A stretch of DNA of 64,000 nucleotides from an uncultured Veillonella sp. (GTDB lineage: Bacteria; Bacillota; Negativicutes; Veillonellales; Veillonellaceae), in the NCBI GenBank assembly GCA_963518725.1, contig CAUQLO010000001.1, positions 2,131-66,130 of the forward strand, given 5' to 3'. The position numbers and the translations under genes are program-made. A model generated the notes under the pieces. That model was not told where the DNA came from and made no database searches. It saw only the letters and a list, made by a program, of their open reading frames with translations. Shown here in pieces: positions 39,099 through 50,652 of the stretch (the stretch's first letter is position 1; every line of letters begins with the position of its first letter).

Positions 39099-39692
39099 AT
39101 GACGAATCCTTTAGAACGATTAGTAGAAGAATTGCGCCGACTCCCAGGAGTGGGCGCTAAGTCAGCGAGACGGTTGGCATATCATTTAATTGAAGCGGAG
39201 CAAGACGACGTACAGCGCTTGGTGGAGACAATTTTAGCGGCGAAAGAGGCGACCCATCGTTGTTCCCAATGCTTTAATCTATCTTCTCAAGATCCATGCG
39301 AGTTCTGCGCTAGCTCGAAACGAGATCGGTCTATGATCTGCGTAGTAGAAACATCTCGCGACGTCATTGCCATTGAGCGAAGCGGTGATTATAAAGGCTT
39401 ATACCATGTATTAGAAGGGGCTTTGTCCCCTATCGATGGGGTAGGCGTAGAAGATATTCGCTTGAAAGAGCTAATGCTGCGCTTACAAGATGACACGGTA
39501 CAAGAGGTGATTATCGCCACGGACCCAGATGTAGAAGGGGAAGCGACGGCCTTATACATTGCTCGTTTATTGCAACCAACGGGCATCAAGGTGACGCGCA
39601 TTGCTCGTGGTATTCCAGTGGGCGGAGATATTGAATATGCCGATGAAGTGACCTTGAGTGGTGCTGTCTTGCATCGTCAAGAAATGAGGTAA
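39099..39692 (+). CDS. recR: recombination mediator RecR
   Basis: LPGVGAKSA.RLA, C4 zinc finger, TOPRIM EGEATA, YADEVTL. Confidence 0.96.
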   Translation: MTNPLERLVEELRRLPGVGAKSARRLAYHLIEAEQDDVQRLVETILAAKEATHRCSQCFNLSSQDPCEFCASSKRDRSMICVVETSRDVIAIERSGDYKGLYHVLEGALSPIDGVGVEDIRLKELMLRLQDDTVQEVIIATDPDVEGEATALYIARLLQPTGIKVTRIARGIPVGGDIEYADEVTLSGAVLHRQEMR

Positions 39693-39694
39693 TA

Positions 39695-39925
39695 ATGGAC
39701 TATCTAGTACAGGCTGTGGTGGCTGTTGTTGTGGCGTGGACGATTATCAAGGTGGCTTGGTTTACAGTCAAACGAGTGGCAACCAACATCTTCCTTGGCA
39801 TGATTACCTATGCCATTGTGACAGAAGTATTCCATGTATCCATGGATATGAATATTATGCTGTGGGCTCTAACAGCCGTGTTGGGCCCTGTACCAGTGTT
39901 GGGCTTAGCCTACTTTCACTGGTAA
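39695..39925 (+). CDS. small membrane protein, BofA-like
   Basis: Hydrophobic 76 aa with N..LG and N.....LG.P pattern; position downstream of recR as for bofA in Bacillota. Confidence 0.55.
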   Translation: MDYLVQAVVAVVVAWTIIKVAWFTVKRVATNIFLGMITYAIVTEVFHVSMDMNIMLWALTAVLGPVPVLGLAYFHW

Positions 39926-39939
39926 GAAAAGGAGCAACT

Positions 39940-42588
39940 ATGCAAGCAAAGGAACGAACTGTTGTATTGAATGAAGCACAACAACAAGTTGTGAATGAAT
40001 TGGATCGAAATATTGTATTGCTAGCATCTGCAGGAACGGGAAAAACAAATACATTGTCCTACCGAGTGGCGCATATCATTCAATCGGAGCGCGCCAAAGC
40101 GGAGGAAATTCTATGTTTAACATTCACAAATAAGGCTTGTCGTGAAATGAAAGAACGAGTAATTTCCATCGTAGGGGACGAGGCACAAGCTGTGAAAGTC
40201 GCAACATTTCACAGCTTTTGTTATACCATTTTGAAAGAAGAGGCGAAATTACAAGAAGATTTATTTCGAGATTTTTTGATTATCGATGAAGAAGATGCAG
40301 CGACATTGATTCGGGATGCCTGGTCACCACTGGTGACACAATATTATGAAGAAACTAAAAGAAAAGTGAAGCTAGATACTCGGACGATGCAACCGATCAT
40401 TAATATGGTGAAAGAATATCGCTCTGTATATGGTTGCTACTCCTCTGATTTAATAGACGATTATCGAGAGATATTGCGACGCATGCAGTCAGATAAAGCC
40501 TTGTGGAAAGGTATTAAGTGGGATCGTACTGATACCTATGGGGGAGAAAACTTTTTTATGGCGAAGGGTGTCGATCTCTTGCTAGCTTATGATAAAAAAT
40601 TGCGCGAACTGAATGGGTTAGACTTTGTAGATTTGATTACAAGAGTGCACCAAATATTCCAACAGTATCCTGACACAGCTGAACGATGGCGGAATAAGTA
40701 TAGCTACATCGCTGTAGATGAAATGCAGGATACGAGCGAGCTAGAATATGACATATTGAATACTATCTGGAAGGGAAACCATATTTTGCTATGCGGTGAT
40801 TACTTTCAAACCATATATGAATGGCGCGGATCGAATCCGATGAAATTGCTAGAACGATTTGGACAGGACTATGATCCAATTGGTATCGTTTTTAATGAAA
40901 ATTATCGGTCGAATCAAACCTTGTTCAAAGCGTCATTCGCAGTTTTACAAGATATGTTCCCAGAATTAGTGCAAAAGTTGTACCAAGAGGAGCCTCGCTC
41001 TGTATCGAAGGCAGATGGGGAACCGATTAAACTCTATGCGGCGTATGGGGGACAAGAAGAGGCAGAGTATATATATCGTGAGATTCAACGAATACGGAGT
41101 GAGGATGAAACGGCGTCCATTGCAGTGTTAGTGCGCGCTAATTTTCAAGCGAAGTATTTGAGTGAAGATTTAAAGCGACTGAATACAAGAGTGCCAAGGG
41201 ACAAACAGGTGGAGTTTATCTTAGTGGATGACTTTAAATTTTTCCGGCGAAAAGAAGTGAAGGATGTATTGGCATTTTTCAAATGTTTAGTGAACCCATG
41301 GGATGTGATGAGTGCTAAACGTATTATAAAACACTTTATACGAGGTGTAGGTGAGGCGAAGGTTAAAGAGCTAGAAAGTGCAGAAGTGCGCAAAACAGGC
41401 TTGCGTTTAACGGACTTTTTAAGCATGAAGATTTTTGAGCAAGAGCCATACGAGCAACTGCAACAAGGGTTAGCAGCGAAGGATGTGGTGGTGTTCGACG
41501 TAGAAACTACTGGCACTGATATCATGACGGCTCGTATCGTACAAATGGCGGCTATACGCATTGACGAAGCTGGCAATGAGATTGAAAAGTTCGAAGAGTT
41601 CATCAATCCTGGTGTGCCTGTAGGTGATTCAGAGAATACCCACCATTTTAGCGATACCTATCTCCAAGAACATGGCCGAGATGCGACGACGGTGCTAGAG
41701 GAGTTTAGACAATTTGCGGAAGGCTCCATCATTGTAGGACACAATGTGTTGGCCTATGATATGCCTCTATTGGAGCAAGAGTGTAGCCGTCATGAGGTGA
41801 AGATGCCAAAGGTACAGGCTGTGTATGATACATTGGATATCTATCGCAGATACTACCCAAACTTGAACAACCATAAACTAGCTACATTGAGTGCGAAATA
41901 TGCGAAAGGGTTTGAATCTACTCATAATGCATTAGATGATATTAGGGCTACCGGAAAGATATTGATACATGCTATGAAAGAAGATATACTACCAACAAAA
42001 CGACATCGAATGGCATTTATCAATAAATACCGCTCCCATTTTGCGGAAATCGCTAGTAAACTAGATACATTACGAAGTCAATTAGCAAGTAAAAAGCCGA
42101 CAGAGGTGTACTCGGATGTGATGAGAAAATTAGGTGTGTTGAAAGCATATCCTGGTACGGACACCAAAGAGGGCCAACAAAGCATGAAACATTTTAATGT
42201 GCTCTATGACATTATGGAAGAGGTACAAACAGAACATCCAGAGTATGTCGGTAGAGACGGAGTCAATGCTATATTGGAACTATCCGCCCTTCACTCAGGA
42301 GATGGTTTGTTTAGACTGAAATCAGAAACAGGCATTCCTATCATTACCGTCCATCAAGCCAAAGGTAGTGAGTTTGATTACGTCTTTATTGCTAGTGCTC
42401 AGGAGGGGGGATTTCCTATACGGCATGCGATAGAAGCGGATAACTTAGACGAAGAGCAACGTATATTTTATGTAGCCTTAACACGGGCAAAAGAGCATTT
42501 GACGATTACCTATACATGGGGAAGAGGACAAAAGCCAAGTCGTTTCCTTTCGTCGATTCCAAAAGAGTATATACGCCGGATTCGCTAA
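39940..42588 (+). CDS. UvrD/PcrA-family SF1A helicase with inserted DEDDh 3'-5' exonuclease domain
   Basis: ASAGTGKT, VDEMQD, GDYFQTIYEWRGS, TVHQAKGSEF; internal FDVETTG/GHN..YD/HNALDD; start ATG 39940 after AGGAG. Confidence 0.88.
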   Translation: MQAKERTVVLNEAQQQVVNELDRNIVLLASAGTGKTNTLSYRVAHIIQSERAKAEEILCLTFTNKACREMKERVISIVGDEAQAVKVATFHSFCYTILKEEAKLQEDLFRDFLIIDEEDAATLIRDAWSPLVTQYYEETKRKVKLDTRTMQPIINMVKEYRSVYGCYSSDLIDDYREILRRMQSDKALWKGIKWDRTDTYGGENFFMAKGVDLLLAYDKKLRELNGLDFVDLITRVHQIFQQYPDTAERWRNKYSYIAVDEMQDTSELEYDILNTIWKGNHILLCGDYFQTIYEWRGSNPMKLLERFGQDYDPIGIVFNENYRSNQTLFKASFAVLQDMFPELVQKLYQEEPRSVSKADGEPIKLYAAYGGQEEAEYIYREIQRIRSEDETASIAVLVRANFQAKYLSEDLKRLNTRVPRDKQVEFILVDDFKFFRRKEVKDVLAFFKCLVNPWDVMSAKRIIKHFIRGVGEAKVKELESAEVRKTGLRLTDFLSMKIFEQEPYEQLQQGLAAKDVVVFDVETTGTDIMTARIVQMAAIRIDEAGNEIEKFEEFINPGVPVGDSENTHHFSDTYLQEHGRDATTVLEEFRQFAEGSIIVGHNVLAYDMPLLEQECSRHEVKMPKVQAVYDTLDIYRRYYPNLNNHKLATLSAKYAKGFESTHNALDDIRATGKILIHAMKEDILPTKRHRMAFINKYRSHFAEIASKLDTLRSQLASKKPTEVYSDVMRKLGVLKAYPGTDTKEGQQSMKHFNVLYDIMEEVQTEHPEYVGRDGVNAILELSALHSGDGLFRLKSETGIPIITVHQAKGSEFDYVFIASAQEGGFPIRHAIEADNLDEEQRIFYVALTRAKEHLTITYTWGRGQKPSRFLSSIPKEYIRRIR

Positions 42589-42627
42589 GTAATGTATACC
42601 GCATCATTTCAATCTATGCTATAATAA

Positions 42628-43977
<1,350 letters not shown>

Positions 43978-43991
43978 TCGCAAGTAACTCA

Positions 43992-44020
43992 GTAGAGACC
44001 CGTTTCGGGTCTCTATTTTA
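43992..44020 (+). terminator. purA terminator
   Basis: TAGAGACCCG-ttt-CGGGTCTCTA followed by T-rich tail. Confidence 0.7.
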
Positions 44021-44088
44021 TTTATTGGCCTATACCCTACGTATTGCTTAGGGTAGGATAGATGTATTTGAAAGAAGGAGGTTCCGCC

Positions 44089-46257
44089 ATGAGAAGACTA
44101 TCCATAGCACTCTCTCAGGAGATAGCAGGATTACTGAAAGAGTATATGACCCATCCCGTAGTAGATGTGGATACTGCCGACTTTACATTGGTATCTGCCA
44201 TCGTCGTGGGCGATGCCCATGTGAAAGATATGGTTCGCCATACAGCAGTTCTCGACTTTGGTATTCCTTTATTTGTCATTTCCAAAGATCCAGATACCAT
44301 ATATAAGTCCGGGCACTTTATTGTAGATATGACTATGCAACCGCTAGCAAGGTTAGATCCTCTGTACTTTGTAGAAGCTTTAGAAACGGCGGCTAGACGC
44401 TATGAATATGATGTGTTGCCGCCATTCTTTCAGGCCTTGTCGATGTATTCCACCAGTGGAAATGCCCAATTTGATTGTCCCGGTCATCAAGGTGGTGAGT
44501 TTTTTAAACGTCATCCCGCAGGACGTGCTTTTTATGACTTTTATGGGCAACATTTATTTACCAGCGATTTATGCAATGCAGATGTGAAATTAGGTGACTT
44601 GCTCATCCACGAAGGTCCAGCTTATGAGGCACAACTCCATGCGGCCCATGTATTTAATGCGGACAAAACGTATTTTGTGTTGAATGGGACCTCTTCGGCG
44701 AATAAAATGGTTCTCAACGCTTTGTTGGCTCCAGGGGATGTGGTGCTCTATGACAGAAATAACCACAAGTCCATCTCTCATGGTGCCTTGGTACAAGCTG
44801 GAGCAACACCGATTTACTTAGAGACGGCTCGGAATCCTTTCGGATCTATTGGTGGCATTCTAGACCATTGCTTTGAAGAAACTTTCATTCGGCGCTTATT
44901 AGAAGAACGAGCTCCAGAGAAAGCGAAGGAAAAACGTCCCATCCGTTTGGCGGTGATTCAGCTTGGTACCTATGACGGCACCATCTATAACGCACGGCAA
45001 GTGGTGGACCGTATTGGGCATTTATGCGATTACATCTTGTTTGATTCTGCTTGGGTAGGATATGAACAATTCATTCCTATGATGAAAGATTGCAGTCCAT
45101 TACTATTGGAGTTAGGCCCGAATGATCCAGGTATCTTGGTGACCCAATCGGTGCATAAACAACAAGCGGGACTTTCACAGGCCTCGCAAGTGCATAAGAA
45201 GGATAGACATATCAAGGGGCAAGAACGGTATGTGAACCATAAACGGATGAACAATGCTTTCATGATGCATGCTTCTACATCGCCATTGTACCCTTTGTTT
45301 GCCTCCTTAGATGTGAATGCGAAAATCCATGAAGGCAAGGCAGGGAGAGCCCTTTGGAAATCCTGTGTGGAATTGGGCATTGAAGCACGCAAAGCGGTGC
45401 TTACGCGATGTCAGTATCTGCGACCCCTAGTGCCACCGAGGGTAAACGGTAAGCCTTGGGAAGAGGGAGTCACCGCCGATATGGCACAAGATGTAGCCTA
45501 TTTTGCCTTTTCGCCAGAGGCTAAGTGGCATTCTTTCGAGGGCTATGGAGAGAACCAATACTTCATTGACCCTTGCAAGTTTCAGTTAATTACACCAGGG
45601 ATTGATGTGGAGACGGGAACCTATGAATCCTTTGGCATACCAGCTACGATTTTGGCGCATTATCTGCGAGAACATCATGTCATTCCAGAGAAATGTGATT
45701 TGAATACCATATTATTCTTGCTCACCCCTGCGGAATCAAAGGAAAAGATGGACCAGTTAGTAGACTACTTGGTGCGCTTTGAAGAACTCATCCATAGAGA
45801 TGCACCTATGGAAGACGTGTTGCCATCTCTGTATTACAAGCAACGCAAGGTTTATGAAGGGTATACGATTCGCCAGCTCTGTCAAGAGATGCATGACTTT
45901 TACAAAGAGCGCCATGTGAGCGAACTGCAAAAGAGATTGTTCCTACAGGACTATTTGCCAACCTATGTGAAAACACCTCAGGAAGCGAATTTTGATTTTG
46001 TGCGCGGTAAGGGCGAGTTAATTCCCGTAGCAGAGGCAGAGGGGCGCATTGCCTTGGAAGGTGCCTTGCCATATCCACCAGGAGTCATTTGTGTGCAACC
46101 AGGGGAGCGCTGGTCTGAAACGGCACGAGAGTATTTCTTGGCCCTAGAAGAAGGGATTAATCAGTTGCCTGGATTTGCGCCTGAGATTCAAGGGGTGTAC
46201 TTGCAAGACCAAGAGGATGACACCAAGAAGGCCTTTGCCTATGTCTTGAAAGAGTGA
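44089..46257 (+). CDS. PLP-dependent ornithine decarboxylase (SpeC/SpeF type)
   Basis: FDCPGHQGG, LGDLLIHEG, DRNNHKS, TQSVHK PLP lysine, PYPPG; start ATG 44089. Confidence 0.9.
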   Translation: MRRLSIALSQEIAGLLKEYMTHPVVDVDTADFTLVSAIVVGDAHVKDMVRHTAVLDFGIPLFVISKDPDTIYKSGHFIVDMTMQPLARLDPLYFVEALETAARRYEYDVLPPFFQALSMYSTSGNAQFDCPGHQGGEFFKRHPAGRAFYDFYGQHLFTSDLCNADVKLGDLLIHEGPAYEAQLHAAHVFNADKTYFVLNGTSSANKMVLNALLAPGDVVLYDRNNHKSISHGALVQAGATPIYLETARNPFGSIGGILDHCFEETFIRRLLEERAPEKAKEKRPIRLAVIQLGTYDGTIYNARQVVDRIGHLCDYILFDSAWVGYEQFIPMMKDCSPLLLELGPNDPGILVTQSVHKQQAGLSQASQVHKKDRHIKGQERYVNHKRMNNAFMMHASTSPLYPLFASLDVNAKIHEGKAGRALWKSCVELGIEARKAVLTRCQYLRPLVPPRVNGKPWEEGVTADMAQDVAYFAFSPEAKWHSFEGYGENQYFIDPCKFQLITPGIDVETGTYESFGIPATILAHYLREHHVIPEKCDLNTILFLLTPAESKEKMDQLVDYLVRFEELIHRDAPMEDVLPSLYYKQRKVYEGYTIRQLCQEMHDFYKERHVSELQKRLFLQDYLPTYVKTPQEANFDFVRGKGELIPVAEAEGRIALEGALPYPPGVICVQPGERWSETAREYFLALEEGINQLPGFAPEIQGVYLQDQEDDTKKAFAYVLKE

Positions 46258-46534
46258 AGTCTTTAGTCATATATTGGATGATATAACTTTATAAAATAGT
46301 ATGATATATATAGAAACGGTGTGTGATACTTGTATGATAGGCCGTTTTTATATATACTTGTATATGAATGCAGTCAACTATTTCATAGCGTGTAGACCGT
46401 ACGCGATGCCTATAGGCTATAAAATAGTTAAGAAAAAGGATGTCTAATTGCATGTGCAGAAGATTGAGCATAGGCTCATTGGACAGACAGAACAGATAAA
46501 ATAGATAAAACGCATAAAATAGATAGGAGTGTAT

Positions 46535-47485
46535 ATGTTAATTCAAGATAAACATGCAGTGGAGCAACGACTGTTATGGCAATCTGCCATACTCATGTCC
46601 CTTGTGGCCATTGGGGGCACAATTATGGGGGTCTATAGTGGATCCAGTGCCATTTTATTAGACGGTGTAGTGTCGTTCATTGCGGTCATAATTAAAGTGA
46701 TGATGATCATTACCTCTCGCTTAGTATCCAACGAAACGAGCAAACGCTTTCAGTTTGGCTATTGGCAATTTGAGCCACTGGTGCTCATTGCAGAAGGTAG
46801 TTTTACATTGCTCATTGTGAGCTACGCCTTTTTATCCGGTTTGACTGATTTACTCGGAGGCGGTCGGGCTGTTCATGTAGGACCTGCCATTGTGTATGCG
46901 ACGATTTTCACGATTGCCGATACATGTTATTACTTTTACGTGCATCAAAAAAATAAAAAACTCCAGTCCAATTTGGTCAAGTTTGATAATATTAGTTGGT
47001 CCATTGATGCCATGTTGGAAGCGGGGATTTTAATCAGTTTCCTCATTGCTTTTGGATTGGAACATTTTGGCTATGCCGCATGGGCTGTTTATGTGGATCC
47101 CATAGTCCTCATTATTCTATCCTTGCAAATGATGCCCTCTGCATTGCGGATCATCATTCCTTCTGTAAAACAGATTATGGGGGTAGCACCGGTTACCTTG
47201 CATAACAGAATCCAGTTTATTATGGATTCTTTCATGGAAAAGTATAAATTCAAGGATTATGTGAGCAGTGTGCAAGCCTACGGAAATGTAAAGATGATAG
47301 AAATCGATATCTTGATTCCTAAAAACTTTCCGAAACAAACCATCGTGGAATTAGATGAAATTCGCGATGAAATTGACCTTGCTATCGGCGGAGATCCAGC
47401 GGAAAAATGGGTGACCATTACCTTCACGTCTACGAAAAAGTGGATGGCAAAGGATTATTTATTAGATGAGGAAGATGACGAATAA
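46535..47485 (+). CDS. cation diffusion facilitator (CDF)-family transporter
   Basis: SSAILLDG, RFQFGYWQFEP, YVDP; about 6 TM plus cytoplasmic domain. Confidence 0.8.
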   Translation: MLIQDKHAVEQRLLWQSAILMSLVAIGGTIMGVYSGSSAILLDGVVSFIAVIIKVMMIITSRLVSNETSKRFQFGYWQFEPLVLIAEGSFTLLIVSYAFLSGLTDLLGGGRAVHVGPAIVYATIFTIADTCYYFYVHQKNKKLQSNLVKFDNISWSIDAMLEAGILISFLIAFGLEHFGYAAWAVYVDPIVLIILSLQMMPSALRIIIPSVKQIMGVAPVTLHNRIQFIMDSFMEKYKFKDYVSSVQAYGNVKMIEIDILIPKNFPKQTIVELDEIRDEIDLAIGGDPAEKWVTITFTSTKKWMAKDYLLDEEDDE

Positions 47486-47510
47486 GTTTCGTTATGATAA
47501 GGAGAGTATT

Positions 47511-48098
47511 GTGGATTATGTATTGACGATTATGGAAACCTACGGATATACCGCTATGTTTATTTGTATGGTCTTGGAAAATGCGAATATTCCGATTCCT
47601 AGTGAGATTGTTCTGGGATTCGCAGGCTATTTAGTGTTCCAAGGTGTATTTGATTTGCACACAGCTATTATTGTAGGTGTGGTAGCAGGCATTGTAGGAT
47701 CCATTTTATCCTATTGGATGGGCGAATATGGGGGACGACCAGTGCTCATCAAATATGGCAAGTATATTTTATTCAACGAAGATAAATTTGGTATGGCGGA
47801 GAAATTATTCAATCGCTATGGGGGAGCGGCTGTGTTTATTGGTCGACTCTTGCCAGGGGTGCGTACGTTTATTTCTTTTCCAGCGGGGGTGGCGAAATAT
47901 CCTATGACGCCATTTGTGATTTGGACTACATTAGGCACCATTCCATGGACCATATTATTGGTGTGGCTAGGCATGAAATTAGGGGAACATTGGAAAGACC
48001 TAATCGAGTATAATCACGAGCTATTGATAGCTATGATTGTAGTATTCGTAGTGATTGCCATTGTGTATGGCATACGATTCTGGAAACGACGCCAATAG
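47511..48098 (+). CDS. DedA-family membrane protein
   Basis: PIPSEIVLGFAG, GRLLPGVRTFISFPAG; GTG start after AAGGAG. Confidence 0.9.
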   Translation: MDYVLTIMETYGYTAMFICMVLENANIPIPSEIVLGFAGYLVFQGVFDLHTAIIVGVVAGIVGSILSYWMGEYGGRPVLIKYGKYILFNEDKFGMAEKLFNRYGGAAVFIGRLLPGVRTFISFPAGVAKYPMTPFVIWTTLGTIPWTILLVWLGMKLGEHWKDLIEYNHELLIAMIVVFVVIAIVYGIRFWKRRQ

Positions 48099-48110
48099 TA
48101 GGAGATAACT

Positions 48111-49748
48111 ATGAAATTACATCGTTTAACCTATGTAGTATTCCTAGTGTTTCTAGGAGTCTACCTGTTAGGAAACCATTTGTTGCCTGTTACGGATCCG
48201 GTGGAATCTAACTATGCGTTAACAGCGAAAGAAATGGTTCTGTCTGGGGATTGGTTATCACCGCAAATTTATGGGCACTATTGGTATGATAAACCCATTA
48301 TGATCTATTGGTTGCTCAGTCTGTCCTATTCCCTTTTTGGCATTACAGACTTTGCAGCTCGTTTGCCCTCTGCCCTCTTTGGGGCTATGAGTGTAGCCTT
48401 TTTGTACCAAGGGGTGCGCACCGTATCAGGAAAACGATTGTCCTCGTTAGGAGCGGCCTTTATTATGGGAACGTCCTTAATTGTTTGGATTATCTCCCAT
48501 GGGATTATTACAGATATGGTTCTCTTATTTGCTACGGTGGGGACCTTTTACTTTGCCTATCGTGGGTTTACATTCCCTACGCATATGGCCATAGCCTATG
48601 GGTTTGCGGGCCTAGGGGTGCTCACAAAAGGACCGGTTGGCTTGGTGCTACCGGGCTTGTTATTCCTCATCTACGCAGGGGTAAAACGGTCTTGGACTTT
48701 GGTGAAAGCTTTATTTCCTTGGCAAGGGCTATTGCTCTTTTTGCTAGTCGTTATGCCTTGGTATGGGTATATGTATATGGTCCATGGCATGGATTTTATT
48801 AATGGCTTTTTAGGATTACATAATATTACGAGAGCCACCCAGTCGGAACATCCAGAGGTAAACCATTGGTGGTACTATCTGCCAATCTTCTTAGGAGGGT
48901 CCTTGCCTTGGACTGGAACGATTCTATACGGTATGTACCGTGGTTGGAAAGAACGAACAGATGCCTATCTATATACGATGGTGTTAGGATGGGGCACCAT
49001 TTTGTTCTACACATTGATGGCTACGAAGTACCCTACGTATGCACTGATTTCAGTGATTCCGTTCAGTATTCTCGGCATGTGGGGTTTGGAAGCCTTGCAA
49101 GAACAGGATGCATCCTATACTAGATGGTGGTGGCTATTAGGACCAACGCTACTATTGTGGTGGGCCTTTGGCATCGCCTCTTTCTGGGCACCATGGGGCT
49201 TTTGGTGGATATTACGGGCCTTTGTGGTAGGTGCCACTGTATTTATGGCTGGTTGTTATTGGTATCGGAAACGATGGATGATGCCTTTTGTAGCCGGTGC
49301 CGGAACGCTGGTGATCTTGACTATCGTCTTGTTAGAAGGCTTAGTGCCGTTGATGATGTTGCGCTCCTCTGTGCCTTATCATGCACCGGCAGAGAACTTT
49401 CACGGGACTGCATACTATTATGGGGATTATGCTACATCCATTCCGTATTACACGGGGGTGGTACCATTGCGCATTTCTCATGGTCTTGTGAAAGTAGCAC
49501 CTCAAGAGAAACCAAAGACAGACAAAGTAGATGCTCCTAAATCCGAAGGACGTAGTGAAAAGTGGAGTGGCAAAGACGTGATGCCACAAATCAGTGCAGA
49601 AGACTTTGTAAGACGAGTACAATCAGGGGAACCGACCTTAGTATTCGTCAATAGAGATGCGGTGAAAGACGTGGAAACGTCGGAAGTAGGTCCGTATTTA
49701 CATCGTGTCCATGAAAGTGAAAAAGTCGTTGTATTCCGCTCGAACTAG
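48111..49748 (+). CDS. ArnT/PMT-like polytopic glycosyltransferase (GT-C fold)
   Basis: DPVESNYA..KEM..GDW, WYDKP, ARLPSA, LTKGPVG, TKYPTY. Confidence 0.85.
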   Translation: MKLHRLTYVVFLVFLGVYLLGNHLLPVTDPVESNYALTAKEMVLSGDWLSPQIYGHYWYDKPIMIYWLLSLSYSLFGITDFAARLPSALFGAMSVAFLYQGVRTVSGKRLSSLGAAFIMGTSLIVWIISHGIITDMVLLFATVGTFYFAYRGFTFPTHMAIAYGFAGLGVLTKGPVGLVLPGLLFLIYAGVKRSWTLVKALFPWQGLLLFLLVVMPWYGYMYMVHGMDFINGFLGLHNITRATQSEHPEVNHWWYYLPIFLGGSLPWTGTILYGMYRGWKERTDAYLYTMVLGWGTILFYTLMATKYPTYALISVIPFSILGMWGLEALQEQDASYTRWWWLLGPTLLLWWAFGIASFWAPWGFWWILRAFVVGATVFMAGCYWYRKRWMMPFVAGAGTLVILTIVLLEGLVPLMMLRSSVPYHAPAENFHGTAYYYGDYATSIPYYTGVVPLRISHGLVKVAPQEKPKTDKVDAPKSEGRSEKWSGKDVMPQISAEDFVRRVQSGEPTLVFVNRDAVKDVETSEVGPYLHRVHESEKVVVFRSN

Positions 49749-49757
49749 AGGTGTACT

Positions 49758-50459
49758 ATGAAGGTTGAAACATTTATAAAAGGCCTGCAACGGTTTTCGG
49801 CGCCTCAAGTCTTTAACCCTTGGCATGACTACGATGAACGATATGATGCTAGCCGGCGAGGAAGCTCTGTTCGGCGCCAACAATTGCAAGCCTATTTAGA
49901 AGAGCGCTTACACAAAGCGAAACTCATCATGATTGCTGAGGCCGTGGGGTACCAAGGGGGACGTTTTACAGGTATAGCTATGACCTGTGAACGGATGCTC
50001 TTGGGACACCATCCTAGTGTGACACCGGATAGGGTGTTTACAGGGATACTGCCGAAGCGGACCAGTTGTGCAGACAGCGGGTATATTACAAAGCGAATCC
50101 AACGTGAGTTAGGGTTTAATGAACCCACCGATTCTGTGGTGTGGAACGCCATTCTAGAGGCGAACATCGATCCCTATGAAGTGGTGTTGTGGAATATTTT
50201 TCCTTTTCATCCCTTCAAAGGTGATGATGGGTTGACCAACCGCACACCTACCCAAGATGAGTTGGACCAAGGTTGGACCTATACGAAGCAATTGTTGGGT
50301 TTATTTCCGAATACCCATATCTTAGGAATTGGTCAGAAATCTAGTCTCACCTTAGAAGCCTATGGTGTAGAGGTTCAGGCTACCTTGCGACATCCTGCCA
50401 ACGGAGGCGCTGGTTTGTATAAACAACAATTTCGTGAGTTTGCGAACTCCATAGGATAA
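49758..50459 (+). CDS. uracil-DNA glycosylase-superfamily protein
   Basis: AEAVGYQGGRFTGIA, WNIFPFHP, NRTPT, RHPANGG. Confidence 0.8.
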   Translation: MKVETFIKGLQRFSAPQVFNPWHDYDERYDASRRGSSVRRQQLQAYLEERLHKAKLIMIAEAVGYQGGRFTGIAMTCERMLLGHHPSVTPDRVFTGILPKRTSCADSGYITKRIQRELGFNEPTDSVVWNAILEANIDPYEVVLWNIFPFHPFKGDDGLTNRTPTQDELDQGWTYTKQLLGLFPNTHILGIGQKSSLTLEAYGVEVQATLRHPANGGAGLYKQQFREFANSIG

Positions 50460-50546
50460 TGTGTAGCTACCTTGAGGTGCATTGCACGAGTTGACACAGG
50501 GTAGATAAATACAGGCGTAGAAACGTAAAACATAAAAAATGAAAGA

Positions 50547-50634
50547 TAGAAGCATAGAAATATTGAAATATAGATGTATGGCTGAATAGATGTATGGCTG
50601 AATAGCTGTATAGCTGTATAGATGCATAGATGAG
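50547..50634. repeat. 11 x 8-bp degenerate tandem array (TAGATGTA-like)
   Basis: tagaagca tagaaata ttgaaata tagatgta tggctgaa tagatgta tggctgaa tagctgta tagctgta tagatgca tagatgag. Confidence 0.8.
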
Positions 50635-50652
50635 AGGCATTGATGCATACGT

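Noticed and set aside
39736..39939. N-terminal extension of the helicase ORF in the track
   Set aside because: Overlaps the BofA-like gene; a good SD precedes ATG 39940
50547..50634. Possible CRISPR array
   Set aside because: 8-bp contiguous units without spacers; no cas genes in the window
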